Source: an uncultured Loktanella sp. (GTDB lineage Bacteria > Pseudomonadota > Alphaproteobacteria > Rhodobacterales > Rhodobacteraceae). Taken from it: a stretch of DNA of 60,948 bases. The notes below the pieces were generated by a model. It worked only from the letters and a program-made list of their open reading frames with translations. It did not search any database and was not told the DNA's origin. Shown here one piece after another: positions 27,296-36,979 of this stretch. Position 1 is the first letter of the stretch, and each line of letters starts with the position of its first letter. Location: NCBI GenBank assembly GCA_964478505.1, contig CAYZKE010000001.1:1-60948 (forward strand). Direction: 5' to 3'. Both the position numbers and the translations under genes were made by a program.

Positions 27296-28665
27296 AGATA
27301 AGATACTGGACGATGGGATTGGTCTTGGCAGGCAGCGTTTCCGGCTTCGCGGTCGCACTGTCAAACGATTGGGATGTGACCCCCGTGCCGGAGGCGCTTG
27401 CGAACGTCGGCGAATGGGCACCACGCGATCTGCAGGAACCGGCTGCCCCGGTAAAGCGTTTGCCTGCGATGGCATCATCCGACAGCCGGGTGCCGCCAGT
27501 CATTCTGCAACCGTTCGCGCCCGATCTGGCATCGGCAGACGGGGTTTTGCCAGAAGTTCATGTGCCGTTGACGGCGTGGTCGCGCAAGATCGCGTCCGGT
27601 GAGACGCTGGATACCCTTCTCAGAGAGGCCGGGCTGAATCCGTCGGTTCGGGCAGAAGTGGCTCTCGCACTCGGCGCGGAGTACGACCTGCGGCGCTTGC
27701 GTCCGGGGCATGAGTTGACCGTCGTGAGGTCGTTCAGCGACACGCTGCAAAGTGTGACACTCGGCGTTAACGACGGTGTGATCATTGAGGCGACCTTTGG
27801 GGACAGCACCACCACACGAACGCTCAATCCTGATCCAGAGTCTATGATCTTGGCAGGGGAAACCATGATCGAGAGCTCGCTCTTTACGGCTTTGGAAGAG
27901 GCCGCAATCCCGGCGCGCTTTGCCGTCGACCTCGCACAGATGCTGGGTGGTACGGTCGACTTCCGAAGAGAGTTGAAAGGCGGCGAAACGCTCCAAGTCC
28001 TGTGGCGTGAAGCGCGCCTCGGCGATGAACGGATTGGTCAGCCTGAAATAACTTTTGCGGCGCTCAATGTCGGCGACGCGCTTTATGAGGTTGTCTGGCC
28101 CGAAGACGGAACAGGTCGCGCAACGATCTACGTCGACGGTGAAGTGTTGCGTGTCTTTGCGCAACCCGTCGATGGAGCACGGCTCAGTTCCGTGTTCGGG
28201 CAACGCCGCCACCCGGTTTACGGCAACGTCAGAATGCATACGGGCGTCGATTTTGCTGCGGCGAAGGGGACGCCAGTCCATGCAACAGCCCCCGGCCGAA
28301 TAGCCTTTATCGGCTGGCGCGGCGGTTACGGACGGGTCGTCGAGATCGCGCATGGCACGGATACGAAAACACGCTATGCCCATCTGAGCGCCGTCCCCGA
28401 AGGCATGTCTTTAGGCCAACGCGTGATGGCGGGAGATGTCATCGGCAATGTTGGTGCTACGGGTACCGCAACCGGCCCCAATTTGCACTATGAAGTGCTC
28501 GTTGATGGTCGTCCAACCGATCCGCTTTCTGATGACCGGCTTGCAACCGCGACCGCCGATGAGACACAAAACGCGCTGGCGGCTACCCGATTGGAAGAGG
28601 CCCGGTTGCGCCTTGAAACGCATTTGGCTGCACTGGTTGTGACCGGAAAAAACGAAAGGCTCTAA
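27292..28665 (+). CDS. M23/LytM family (MepM-like) protein
   Basis: HTGVD, YAHLS, GPNLHYE. Confidence 0.92.
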   Translation: MKIRYWTMGLVLAGSVSGFAVALSNDWDVTPVPEALANVGEWAPRDLQEPAAPVKRLPAMASSDSRVPPVILQPFAPDLASADGVLPEVHVPLTAWSRKIASGETLDTLLREAGLNPSVRAEVALALGAEYDLRRLRPGHELTVVRSFSDTLQSVTLGVNDGVIIEATFGDSTTTRTLNPDPESMILAGETMIESSLFTALEEAAIPARFAVDLAQMLGGTVDFRRELKGGETLQVLWREARLGDERIGQPEITFAALNVGDALYEVVWPEDGTGRATIYVDGEVLRVFAQPVDGARLSSVFGQRRHPVYGNVRMHTGVDFAAAKGTPVHATAPGRIAFIGWRGGYGRVVEIAHGTDTKTRYAHLSAVPEGMSLGQRVMAGDVIGNVGATGTATGPNLHYEVLVDGRPTDPLSDDRLATATADETQNALAATRLEEARLRLETHLAALVVTGKNERL

Positions 28666-28668
28666 TCA

Positions 28669-29124
28669 ATGAAATCCTACCTTCTCGCGATTACACTCGC
28701 GTTAGGCGCGCTCTCCGCGGCCCCGGCGTTTGCTGAAGCAACCTCAATCGACGTCAAGAAAACCAATGGGTGTGGATGCTGTCTTAGCTGGATGAATCAT
28801 CTGGAAGAGAACGGCTTTAACCCAACCGGTGAAGACATGAATGGAGGACTGCTTGTCCGCCTCAAGCTCGAAAGTGGTGTGCCGCAACGCATGGTTTCCT
28901 GCCATACTGCTTTCCTCGACGGCTATGTGATCGAAGGCCACGTTCCGGCTGCTGACATTCGCCGTCTCCTTGATGAGCGTCCCGATGCGATTGGTTTGGC
29001 GGTGCCGGGCATGCCATATGGGTCGCCGGGTATGGGGCCGGAAGACGATCGCGATGCATATGATGTGTTTCTGATCAATGATGATGGATCGACAGAGATC
29101 TTTTCATCCTACACCGAAAACTGA
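28669..29124 (+). CDS. DUF411 (CopG-like) protein, second copy
   Basis: CGCC, SCHT, EGHVP, VPGMPYGSPGM. Confidence 0.92.
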   Translation: MKSYLLAITLALGALSAAPAFAEATSIDVKKTNGCGCCLSWMNHLEENGFNPTGEDMNGGLLVRLKLESGVPQRMVSCHTAFLDGYVIEGHVPAADIRRLLDERPDAIGLAVPGMPYGSPGMGPEDDRDAYDVFLINDDGSTEIFSSYTEN

Positions 29125-29136
29125 ACTGGACGTTAC

Positions 29137-29919
29137 TTGGAAACTCTTTCTCCCATTGCACTTGGTTTTTTTGGCAGTCTCGCTGCTGGCTTGATGACCG
29201 CTTTTGGTGCCATTCCGATTCTCTTCGGACGTATGCCGTCACAAGCCACCCGCGATCTTTCTTTGGGGTTTGCAGCTGGCGTCATGCTCGCGGCGTCGTT
29301 TTTCTCATTGATTATCCCTGCCCTTGATGCAGCAGAACCAATGTTCGAGAATGAAGCAGCCCCTGCTGCAGTTGTTTGCATCGCGATCTTGCTGGGAATG
29401 GGTGCAGTGGCGCTTATGAACGAGAAACTGCCACATGAACACTTCAAGACAGGACGAGAAGGACCTGAATCAGCATCGCTTCGACGGGTTTGGCTCTTCA
29501 TTATCGCGATCACCATCCACAATTTCCCCGAAGGCCTCGCAGTCGGCGTGGGCTTTGGCTCTGGCGGTGTCGAAGGTGGGATGCCGCTTGCCATCGGGAT
29601 CGGACTTCAAAATGCCCCTGAGGGACTTGCCGTTGCTGTCGCGCTTCTTGGTGAAGGATATTCGAAATTCCGCGCGTGGGGCATCGCGGCCCTGACTGGT
29701 TTGGTGGAACCGGTTGGTGGTCTGCTGGGTGCAGGCATCATCACATTGGCCGAACCGCTTTTACCTTGGGGATTGGCCTTTGCCGCCGGCGCGATGCTTT
29801 ACGTCATCAGCCACGAGATTATTCCCGAAACGCACCGCAACGGGCACCAAAACAAGGCAACGCTGGGCCTGGCGATTGGCCTTGTGATCATGCTGTTTCT
29901 CGACGTTTGGCTGGGGTGA
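29137..29919 (+). CDS. ZIP family metal transporter
   Basis: HNFPEG and QNAPEG, EIIPETH. Confidence 0.93.
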   Translation: METLSPIALGFFGSLAAGLMTAFGAIPILFGRMPSQATRDLSLGFAAGVMLAASFFSLIIPALDAAEPMFENEAAPAAVVCIAILLGMGAVALMNEKLPHEHFKTGREGPESASLRRVWLFIIAITIHNFPEGLAVGVGFGSGGVEGGMPLAIGIGLQNAPEGLAVAVALLGEGYSKFRAWGIAALTGLVEPVGGLLGAGIITLAEPLLPWGLAFAAGAMLYVISHEIIPETHRNGHQNKATLGLAIGLVIMLFLDVWLG

Positions 29920-29923
29920 CTGC

Positions 29924-30427
29924 ATGAGACCGCGAAAAAAACCATTAATCATTGGTCTAATTGCGATGATCTTTGCCATCGTTATCGATCAAGCGACTAA
30001 GGCGCGGGTTGTTGCAAATGCAGACGTGCTCAGCGCCGGGTTTGCAGTTTTTCCGGGGTTCAACCTCGTTTTTGGACGAAACGATGGTATTTCGTTTGGA
30101 TTGTTGGGCGGCTTACCTTGGTGGAGCCTCGTAGTATTGGCTCTCGTTATCTGCGTATGGATGATTGGCTTGATGTTGCGCACGCTATTTCGAATTGAAG
30201 CCTTGGCATATGGGTTGGTCATCGGCGGGGCGCTCGGCAATGTAGTAGACCGAGTGCGCTATGGTGCGGTGACGGATTTTCTCGACCTGTATGTCGGATC
30301 AAGGCATTGGCCGGCCTTTAACTTGGCAGATGCATTGATAGTCAGTGGATTTGCGATTTTGTGGCTGGCAAGTTACCGGCGTCACTACTTTGCTGTTGCC
30401 GAACAGACGAAGGAACAAAATACATGA
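29924..30427 (+). CDS. lspA: Lipoprotein signal peptidase II
   Basis: DQATK, NDGISFG, GGALGNVVDR, VTDF, WPAFNLAD. Confidence 0.95.
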   Translation: MRPRKKPLIIGLIAMIFAIVIDQATKARVVANADVLSAGFAVFPGFNLVFGRNDGISFGLLGGLPWWSLVVLALVICVWMIGLMLRTLFRIEALAYGLVIGGALGNVVDRVRYGAVTDFLDLYVGSRHWPAFNLADALIVSGFAILWLASYRRHYFAVAEQTKEQNT

Positions 30428-30591
30428 TTATTGTTACAGCTGGTATTGGCGGTGCCATCTGGGGCGTTCTTTTGGCCAAGAAACGAGGTGGAAATCGCCT
30501 GGACATGGCACATCATGCGGCGAGCTGCGCCATCGCATCTGGATTATTGGGTATGTTTGCCTCAATCGCCCTAGCCCGTATTTTTGGCTAG
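30424..30591 (+). CDS. 55-aa two-TM membrane protein
   Basis: ATGA overlap with lspA stop; helix-AKKRGGNRLD-helix. Confidence 0.7.
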   Translation: MIIVTAGIGGAIWGVLLAKKRGGNRLDMAHHAASCAIASGLLGMFASIALARIFG

Positions 30592-30616
30592 CGGGGATGT
30601 GATCGAAAACACAGAG

Positions 30617-32536
30617 ATGAGGGCTATATTCCGATTTCTGATGCGGGCATTTCTGGCGGTTACCGCCATCGCCGGATTGATGGTTGGGTCTGCAATTTAT
30701 TTGTTGTTCGCGTCTATTCCGGATTATTCCGAAGAATTCAGCGTCACCGGTCTCAGTGGCGAAGTCGAAATTCTCAGGGATGCGTCCGCAGTTCCGCACA
30801 TTTCCGGGACTTCTGAGGACGATATCTACTTTGCCCTGGGTTTCGTACATGCCCAAGATAGACTCGGCCAACTGCTTCGGATGCGGCGCGCATCTGGCGG
30901 GCGCAGGACTCAATTGAAACAAGCGGCACTGCCCGTGGAGGTTGAGGCAGCCTTAACGGCCTATTCGAACGGTATCAACGCCTGGATCAGCGAACTCTCC
31001 CAAGGCGGACGGGGACGAGGGGCACCGGAGTCGCTCTTTTCGCGGTCATCTATCGCTCCTTGGACGCCGCCCGACAGTCTTGCAATCGCCAAGAACTTTC
31101 TGATCGGTGTGCAAGAAAACTCCAGGGCACCTGTCTGGCGCGAAGAAGTGAGACGCCAGATCCCCACGGGCAGGCCCGACTTACCAGAACTATATGGCGC
31201 CTCCTTCGGACCACATCTGCGGGCGTGGGGAATTCCAGCTGCGCGCACGGTGTCAGGTCAACCCATTATTATTGCCGATATTGCGGGGCCTCTAAGCCTG
31301 CCGGCGCAATGGTATCTCGCTGATCTCAGGCTCCCGAGCGGGCCGGTGATTGGCGCTACTCTTCCTGGTCTCCCAATGGTGATTGTTGGACGTTCCGACA
31401 GGCTTGTCTGGGGCGTTCAAAGTAATGGTTTGGCTTCCACCACGATCCTTGACGACAATGAGGTTGGCGCCCCTGGGGATTTCCTGACCGTCCTCGAACG
31501 CCTCATGAAGGCCGATGATGCCGTTCAGGCGATACGCGGATTGGATAAGATTTCCATACCAGCCCTCGGATTTACGATTGCAGATCGTGTGACCTTGCTC
31601 GAATGGCCGAAGACACCACGCCAGCCCGAGACTCCCGAGGGTTTCCAGAGGCTTCGCCGCGACAGGCTCGACATGCGCCAGCCGATCTTCTCTCTGGATG
31701 GGGCAGTTGCCGCGCAGCAAGATACTGTAAGCGAAGCAGCCCGTACCCTTCTGCCTTTCATGGCGCGGGAATTCTGGTTCAATGATCCGTTATTGTCTGG
31801 GATGTCGTCGGACACAATCGTGCTGCGCGAACAGGTCTTGGCCCGTCTGGCGCGCTGGAATGGCGATATGAATCGAATGTCCCCTGAACCGCTGATCTAC
31901 TGGACTTGGGTTCGCGCCTTGCAGCGCAGGGTTCTCGAGGACGAATTTCCGACCGTGGAGGCATTGTGGGCCACTCCCAACCCAAATCTACTATATGCTG
32001 TTCTGAGCAATCGCGACGGCGCAGCGGTGTGGTGCGACATTTTACCTTCCGAACGTCTCGAAACCTGTCAAGACGCGGTCGGATTGGCGCTTAATGACGC
32101 TCTGAGCTGGATCACGGAACGATATGGTGATGATCCAACCACCTGGTATTGGGGAGCGGAGCATGCGCTCGTCATGGAGTGGTCCGCGATCCGTAACTTA
32201 GGCTTGGTGGGAAATCTCGTCAGTCTCGTTGCGCCGATCTCTGGCGATCCCGACACGCAGAGGGCCTCATTTTTTGACACAAGCGCCAGTTTGCCATTTA
32301 AAACCCGGCGCGGGTCAAATTTTCAAGCGGTGATGTCCTTGGCAAATGCGAACAGCTCTCGTTACATCATTCCTGCAGGCCAGTCCGGGCATCCGCTGTC
32401 ACGGTTCTATGACAACTTTCTTTTGCTTTGGACGCAGGGCGAATACCTCACCATGACGACGGATATCGCTGTTGTCAGCGGTGCAGCCGCTGGTGTGACG
32501 CGCCTGTTTCCCGCTACGCCGGCCATTGCGCAGTGA
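30617..32536 (+). CDS. Penicillin acylase (Ntn-hydrolase S45) homologue, shortened, catalytic Ser absent
   Basis: RDASAVPHI, ALGFVHAQDRL, GQSGHPLSRFYD; SN-W motif replaced by LRAW. Confidence 0.85.
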   Translation: MRAIFRFLMRAFLAVTAIAGLMVGSAIYLLFASIPDYSEEFSVTGLSGEVEILRDASAVPHISGTSEDDIYFALGFVHAQDRLGQLLRMRRASGGRRTQLKQAALPVEVEAALTAYSNGINAWISELSQGGRGRGAPESLFSRSSIAPWTPPDSLAIAKNFLIGVQENSRAPVWREEVRRQIPTGRPDLPELYGASFGPHLRAWGIPAARTVSGQPIIIADIAGPLSLPAQWYLADLRLPSGPVIGATLPGLPMVIVGRSDRLVWGVQSNGLASTTILDDNEVGAPGDFLTVLERLMKADDAVQAIRGLDKISIPALGFTIADRVTLLEWPKTPRQPETPEGFQRLRRDRLDMRQPIFSLDGAVAAQQDTVSEAARTLLPFMAREFWFNDPLLSGMSSDTIVLREQVLARLARWNGDMNRMSPEPLIYWTWVRALQRRVLEDEFPTVEALWATPNPNLLYAVLSNRDGAAVWCDILPSERLETCQDAVGLALNDALSWITERYGDDPTTWYWGAEHALVMEWSAIRNLGLVGNLVSLVAPISGDPDTQRASFFDTSASLPFKTRRGSNFQAVMSLANANSSRYIIPAGQSGHPLSRFYDNFLLLWTQGEYLTMTTDIAVVSGAAAGVTRLFPATPAIAQ

Positions 32537-32809
32537 TTGAGAGACTCCTTACGAGTGACCCATTTGGGCCAGCAGTTTTTTCCTTTGACGATACTCGGCT
32601 TGTACCTCCAGTGACTGTCACTACCGGTCCGATTGCGACAGCCCAATGCTGCTCCGGGCTCCGCAAACGCAGGACCGCTTGCAAGGCCTTGAAACGGTAT
32701 CTGCCTCAAAAAGTAGTTTCTTTTGCGCCTGCCGTTTCTTTTGACGAAGTAGCTTAGTGGCTAGGTCAACACTCGTTACCAAATGGTTTTGGGAGCGTAT
32801 TGATGAGTA

Positions 32810-33322
32810 TCAGGCATAGATGTCGATGGGCGTGCCGTCCCGAACCATGGCATATATTTCTTGGATTTCTGGATCAGTCACAGCGATGCATCCCGCCGTC
32901 CAGTCCTGCAAATCCATTGGGTCGATACCGGGTCTTGGACCGCCGTGAATGAAAATATCGCTACCGGGCGACTTCCCTTGAGTGGCTGCAAAAGCCTTGT
33001 CTGCTTCGTTCGGATACGAGATCCCAATCGAGAGATGAAATAGGCTTGCGGGGTTCCGACGATCTATCAGATAAGATCCCTCCGGCGTTTTGCCGTCGCC
33101 TTCGAACTGCTTGTGGCCCGATGGCGCAAAGCCGAGACCAACTGGAAAGGTGCGCAATGGTTCTGATGCACCATCAAGGACCAGTAGGCGTTGTGACTTA
33201 TACAACCGCAGACGGGTAACCTCTGGTCCGGTGTAGGTTTGGGGTTTGTTCGTACAACCGGACAGAACGGCACTGAATCCGCCAAGCATTGCGCTGCGTC
33301 GCGTCATCGAAAGAAATTTCAC
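32810..33322 (-). CDS. YkuD-family lipoprotein (YafK/DpaA-like clade)
   Basis: LSGC lipobox; KQFEGDGKTPEG, ISYPN, IFIHG...WTAGCIA. Confidence 0.9.
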   Translation of the reverse strand: MKFLSMTRRSAMLGGFSAVLSGCTNKPQTYTGPEVTRLRLYKSQRLLVLDGASEPLRTFPVGLGFAPSGHKQFEGDGKTPEGSYLIDRRNPASLFHLSIGISYPNEADKAFAATQGKSPGSDIFIHGGPRPGIDPMDLQDWTAGCIAVTDPEIQEIYAMVRDGTPIDIYA

Positions 33323-33383
33323 TGCTCGTACACCCTCTTTTGGAGCCTATTTTCGTTAAGACTAACGACTTATCGCAATCCGA

Positions 33384-35744
33384 TCAATGGTCGCGCACCA
33401 ACGCACCTTTTGCCAGCTGCTCAGCCACGCAGTCTCCGCCCGAACGATCATTGCGGGCTTCACCCGCTTGGAGGAGACGCAGGGCATTGGCGACGACCAA
33501 CAGTGATACACCCACATCAGCGGCGATTGCGCCCCACATCGTTGCCATGCCAAAGGCCGTTAGGCCCACGAAGACGGCCTTGGTGGCCAGCGAGATGCCG
33601 ATGTTCTGGCGAATAATCGACATGGTCCGGCGCGAGTGACTGATCAGCCAAGGTACCTTGCCGATATCATCGGTCATCAACGCGATGTCGGCGGTCTCAA
33701 TGGCTGCATCTGAACCAACAGCCCCCATGGCAATGCCGTAATGCGCACGCGCCATGGCGGGCGCATCATTAACTCCGTCACCGATCATCGCGACCATGTC
33801 ATATTGTGCCACCAACTCCTCAATAGCTGTTACCTTGTCTTCGGGCAAAAGCTCGGCACGCACCTCGTCGATCCCCACTTCGGCGGCCACAGCACGGGCT
33901 GTCCGTTCGTTGTCGCCTGTCAGCATGATGATCTTTTTGACGCCCTGCGCGTGCAGCTGCGCGACAATGCTCTTGGCGTCAGGGCGGATACGGTCGCGCA
34001 GTTCGAGAAGACCCGTCACACCACTCTCATCACCGACGGCGACCAGTGTGCTGCCCGCCTCCTCTATCCGATTTCTAAGGTCGGAGGGGATGGTGTCGCC
34101 AAAACCTTTTTCTTCTGCGAAACGATCAGATCCCAGCCAAACATTTCGCTCACCCAAGCGACCTTCTAACCCGCGTCCTGGCACGGTGCGGGTGTCCTCA
34201 GCTGCTTTGACGGTGATCCCGTCACGCTCGGCCTTGCCGAGAATTGCACGCGCGAGAGGATGCGAGGACCGCGCTTCCAAAGCACCCGCAAGTGCCAAAA
34301 GCTCAGCTTCGGACGCTTCCCCCATAGGATAGATTGCGGCCAATTCTGGCTCGCCCATGGTGATTGTGCCTGTCTTGTCCATGGCGATAGCCGTGGTTCG
34401 ACTTGGAGCTTCAACATATGCCCCACCTTTGATCAGCACACCGGCCCGCGCTGAAGCCGCCAGGGCGGCAACAATCGACACCGGCGTCGAGATGACAAGG
34501 GCGCAGGGACAGGCAATGACCAATAAAACCAGAGCGTTATAGAACCAGTAGTTCCATGCACCGCCCAAAAGAAGAGGCGGTAAGACTGCAATCGCGATCG
34601 CGATCGCCATTACGATGGGTGTATAGATACGAGCGAATTTTGTAACCCACTGCTCAACTTCGGCACGTTTGGAATGTGCGTCACCAACCATGCGAATGAT
34701 TTTCGACAGAACAGTATCGCTCGCCGTCTTCGTTGCACGAACCGTAAGCGTGCCCTCGCCGTTGATCGTGCCTGCGTATACATCGTCCCCGGCTTCCTTT
34801 GGAACAAGCGCGCTTTCGCCCGTGATGGGAGCCTGATCGACAGCTCCAGCCCCAGCGGTCACCTCACCGTCAAGTGGGATGCGATCGCCGCCTCTGACTA
34901 TAAAGTGCGTCCCAACCGCAACTTCAGCCGCCTGGATATCGGCCTCTGATCCATCATCCCTCAGAACACGCGCCGTTGGCGGTGCCAGATCAAGAAGCGT
35001 CGACACAGCGTTTCGGGCGCGCCCAACACTCCAACTTTCAAGATAGAGCGATAGCGAAAAGAAAAACGCCACGGTGGCGGCTTCGAAGTATTCACCAAGC
35101 GCGATTGCACCGGCCACGGCTACGACCATCAGCAAGTTCATATCGGGCGACAACCGACGCGCAGACGACCACGCCTTGGGTGCAACCAGCCAAACCCCAA
35201 AGATGATTGCGAAACCAAATAGTGCAGCCTCTGGCATCGGCATCGCGGCCTCACCGTGGCCGGAGAACAGGCCAAGTGCGCCACCCAGTCCGGTCTCCAC
35301 AATATGGTATCCAAAACCGGCGGTCCAAAACCCACCACTCAGAAAAGTAAACCACTTTTGCTTGGCGAGATGCGCCGCTTGATCGGCACTAGCATTGTCT
35401 GCGTCCCACGGACGGGCCCTCATGCCTGTGCTGGCCACCAATTCTGTAATTTGGCTATCTGAAATCTGTTCGGCGGTGTCTAAGACTGTCATGCGGCCGT
35501 TGATCACATCAAAGGCAAGATGCTCCGCCCCGCCGAGTTTTGGGCCAACCACTTTGGAGAGGATCGAGACCTCTTCAGCGCAGTCCAAGCCGCTGACTTG
35601 AAAGCTACGACCGTGTTCAGGAGGGGGGGCTGACTGAATGCCGTTTACTTTTTCTGCGCCACAGCATGCAGGTCCATCAGGTTGGTGATCGGAATGGTCG
35701 TGGGCATGATGGCCATCGTCTTGCACAGTTTTGGAATTCACCAT
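33384..35744 (-). CDS. zntA: Zn/Cd/Pb P1B-2 ATPase
   Basis: His-rich/CC N-terminus, GLDCAEE, CPC, DKTGT, TM7 Lys (ATKA), TM8 ADVG. Confidence 0.94.
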   Translation of the reverse strand: MVNSKTVQDDGHHAHDHSDHQPDGPACCGAEKVNGIQSAPPPEHGRSFQVSGLDCAEEVSILSKVVGPKLGGAEHLAFDVINGRMTVLDTAEQISDSQITELVASTGMRARPWDADNASADQAAHLAKQKWFTFLSGGFWTAGFGYHIVETGLGGALGLFSGHGEAAMPMPEAALFGFAIIFGVWLVAPKAWSSARRLSPDMNLLMVVAVAGAIALGEYFEAATVAFFFSLSLYLESWSVGRARNAVSTLLDLAPPTARVLRDDGSEADIQAAEVAVGTHFIVRGGDRIPLDGEVTAGAGAVDQAPITGESALVPKEAGDDVYAGTINGEGTLTVRATKTASDTVLSKIIRMVGDAHSKRAEVEQWVTKFARIYTPIVMAIAIAIAVLPPLLLGGAWNYWFYNALVLLVIACPCALVISTPVSIVAALAASARAGVLIKGGAYVEAPSRTTAIAMDKTGTITMGEPELAAIYPMGEASEAELLALAGALEARSSHPLARAILGKAERDGITVKAAEDTRTVPGRGLEGRLGERNVWLGSDRFAEEKGFGDTIPSDLRNRIEEAGSTLVAVGDESGVTGLLELRDRIRPDAKSIVAQLHAQGVKKIIMLTGDNERTARAVAAEVGIDEVRAELLPEDKVTAIEELVAQYDMVAMIGDGVNDAPAMARAHYGIAMGAVGSDAAIETADIALMTDDIGKVPWLISHSRRTMSIIRQNIGISLATKAVFVGLTAFGMATMWGAIAADVGVSLLVVANALRLLQAGEARNDRSGGDCVAEQLAKGALVRDH

Positions 35745-35774
35745 TCGATTTCTCCAGAATCATTCTACAGACCA

Positions 35775-35805
35775 CGTGTAATGTCTACAGTGGCTTTAGG
35801 TTCAA
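35775..35805 (-). promoter_or_regulatory. CadR/ZntR-like promoter of zntA
   Basis: TTGAAC-CTAAAG-CCA-CTGTAG-ACAT (19 bp)-TACACG. Confidence 0.85.
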
Positions 35806-35910
35806 GAAGTTTTTTCGCTGGAATACCTGCGCATGACGAAATAGTGAAAAAGCAGACATGGTTGATAAATGAAAATCTGCGCAACTGAGAATTAACAAGG
35901 TGGCCACTGA

Positions 35911-36180
35911 ATGATAAAAACAATGACACTTACCGTCGTCGCCATCGTTGCGTTATCCGCTTGCGCAGGTGCGCCAGTTGAAGACACTAGCGCCAATACC
36001 GACTTAATCATCCCACCCGAATTGGTGAACTTGGCCGCGCCAAACCAAGATATCTCAACTGCACGGGTCTTACCGGGCGACCGGTGCTATTGGTATGAAC
36101 ATCGCGGACGGGTCGAAACGACGCTTCTGCCAGTTATGACGCGAGATGGTCGTCGCATCTGTCTTCCCGCGCAAACCTAG
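35911..36180 (+). CDS. Small lipoprotein, paralogue of 3502..3792
   Basis: LSAC lipobox; AAPNQD...DRCYWYEHRGRVETTLLPVMTRDGRRIC. Confidence 0.82.
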   Translation: MIKTMTLTVVAIVALSACAGAPVEDTSANTDLIIPPELVNLAAPNQDISTARVLPGDRCYWYEHRGRVETTLLPVMTRDGRRICLPAQT

Positions 36181-36204
36181 CACGTTTCTCTATTACTCTG
36201 GGCA

Positions 36205-36885
36205 TTACCAAAGCGCTCCGACGCTGGGGGTGGCAACGCTGTCTTCAGCCGAATAAAGATGTGCAGTCGACCCTGTTTCAACAAGTGAATAGAGATCGTT
36301 TATATGCGGCATAACCATACGCACACAACCGGAACTGGCCCGGCTTCCAATACTTCTGGGTTGTGGTGTCCCATGTATCCGCAAATATGTGTCCCGATCG
36401 CCCACGTAGAGATAGAGCGCTCTTGAACCCAGCGCATTTTGAGGTCCAGGCTCCACGCCACCTTCAAATTGTGCATAGGTTTCGGGTTCGCGTTCAATCA
36501 TGTTTTGGGTCGGGGTCCAGTGCGGCCACTCAACCTTTCGCTTAATTGTGTAGATGCCCGGCTCATACAGACCGCCCCGTCCTATCGCCACACCGTAGCG
36601 CATCGCCGTTCCACCGTCTTCGATATGATAGAGATAGCGCGCAACCGCATCGACATGTATATCTCCAGGTATCAAGCCGTCATTCCTCACTACGCGTTGG
36701 GGTAAAAACCGGGGTTCCAGTCCCCAAGGATTGGATGTTGCTGGATCAAAACCCACTGGGGTGACCTGCATATCCCATGCAGCTTTCTGCGCTGCAGTCG
36801 GCCAGCTCTTTGCTAATACAGGGCTGGCTAGTGGAGCCGAAAATATGGCTGCGGTAGTTGAAATGAAATGACGTCGTGTCAGCAT
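36205..36885 (-). CDS. L,D-transpeptidase, Tat signal; paralogue of 2763..3473
   Basis: TRRHF; DPATSNPWGL; LRIHGTPQPRSIGSRASSGCVRM identical to first copy. Confidence 0.93.
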   Translation of the reverse strand: MLTRRHFISTTAAIFSAPLASPVLAKSWPTAAQKAAWDMQVTPVGFDPATSNPWGLEPRFLPQRVVRNDGLIPGDIHVDAVARYLYHIEDGGTAMRYGVAIGRGGLYEPGIYTIKRKVEWPHWTPTQNMIEREPETYAQFEGGVEPGPQNALGSRALYLYVGDRDTYLRIHGTPQPRSIGSRASSGCVRMVMPHINDLYSLVETGSTAHLYSAEDSVATPSVGALW

Positions 36886-36948
36886 TAATTCTACTCCAGG
36901 AGTATTTTGAACAGACTGATTGCCGTTGCCTGCATTGATTGATGAAAG

Positions 36949-36979
36949 CACTTAAAACCTCTAAGAACTATAGGTTCAA
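36949..36979 (-). promoter_or_regulatory. CadR/ZntR-like promoter of LDT
   Basis: TTGAAC-CTATAG-TTC-TTAGAG-GTTT (19 bp)-TAAGTG. Confidence 0.82.

Noticed and set aside
27475-28383. 302-aa antisense ORF
   Set aside because: Shadow of the M23 gene
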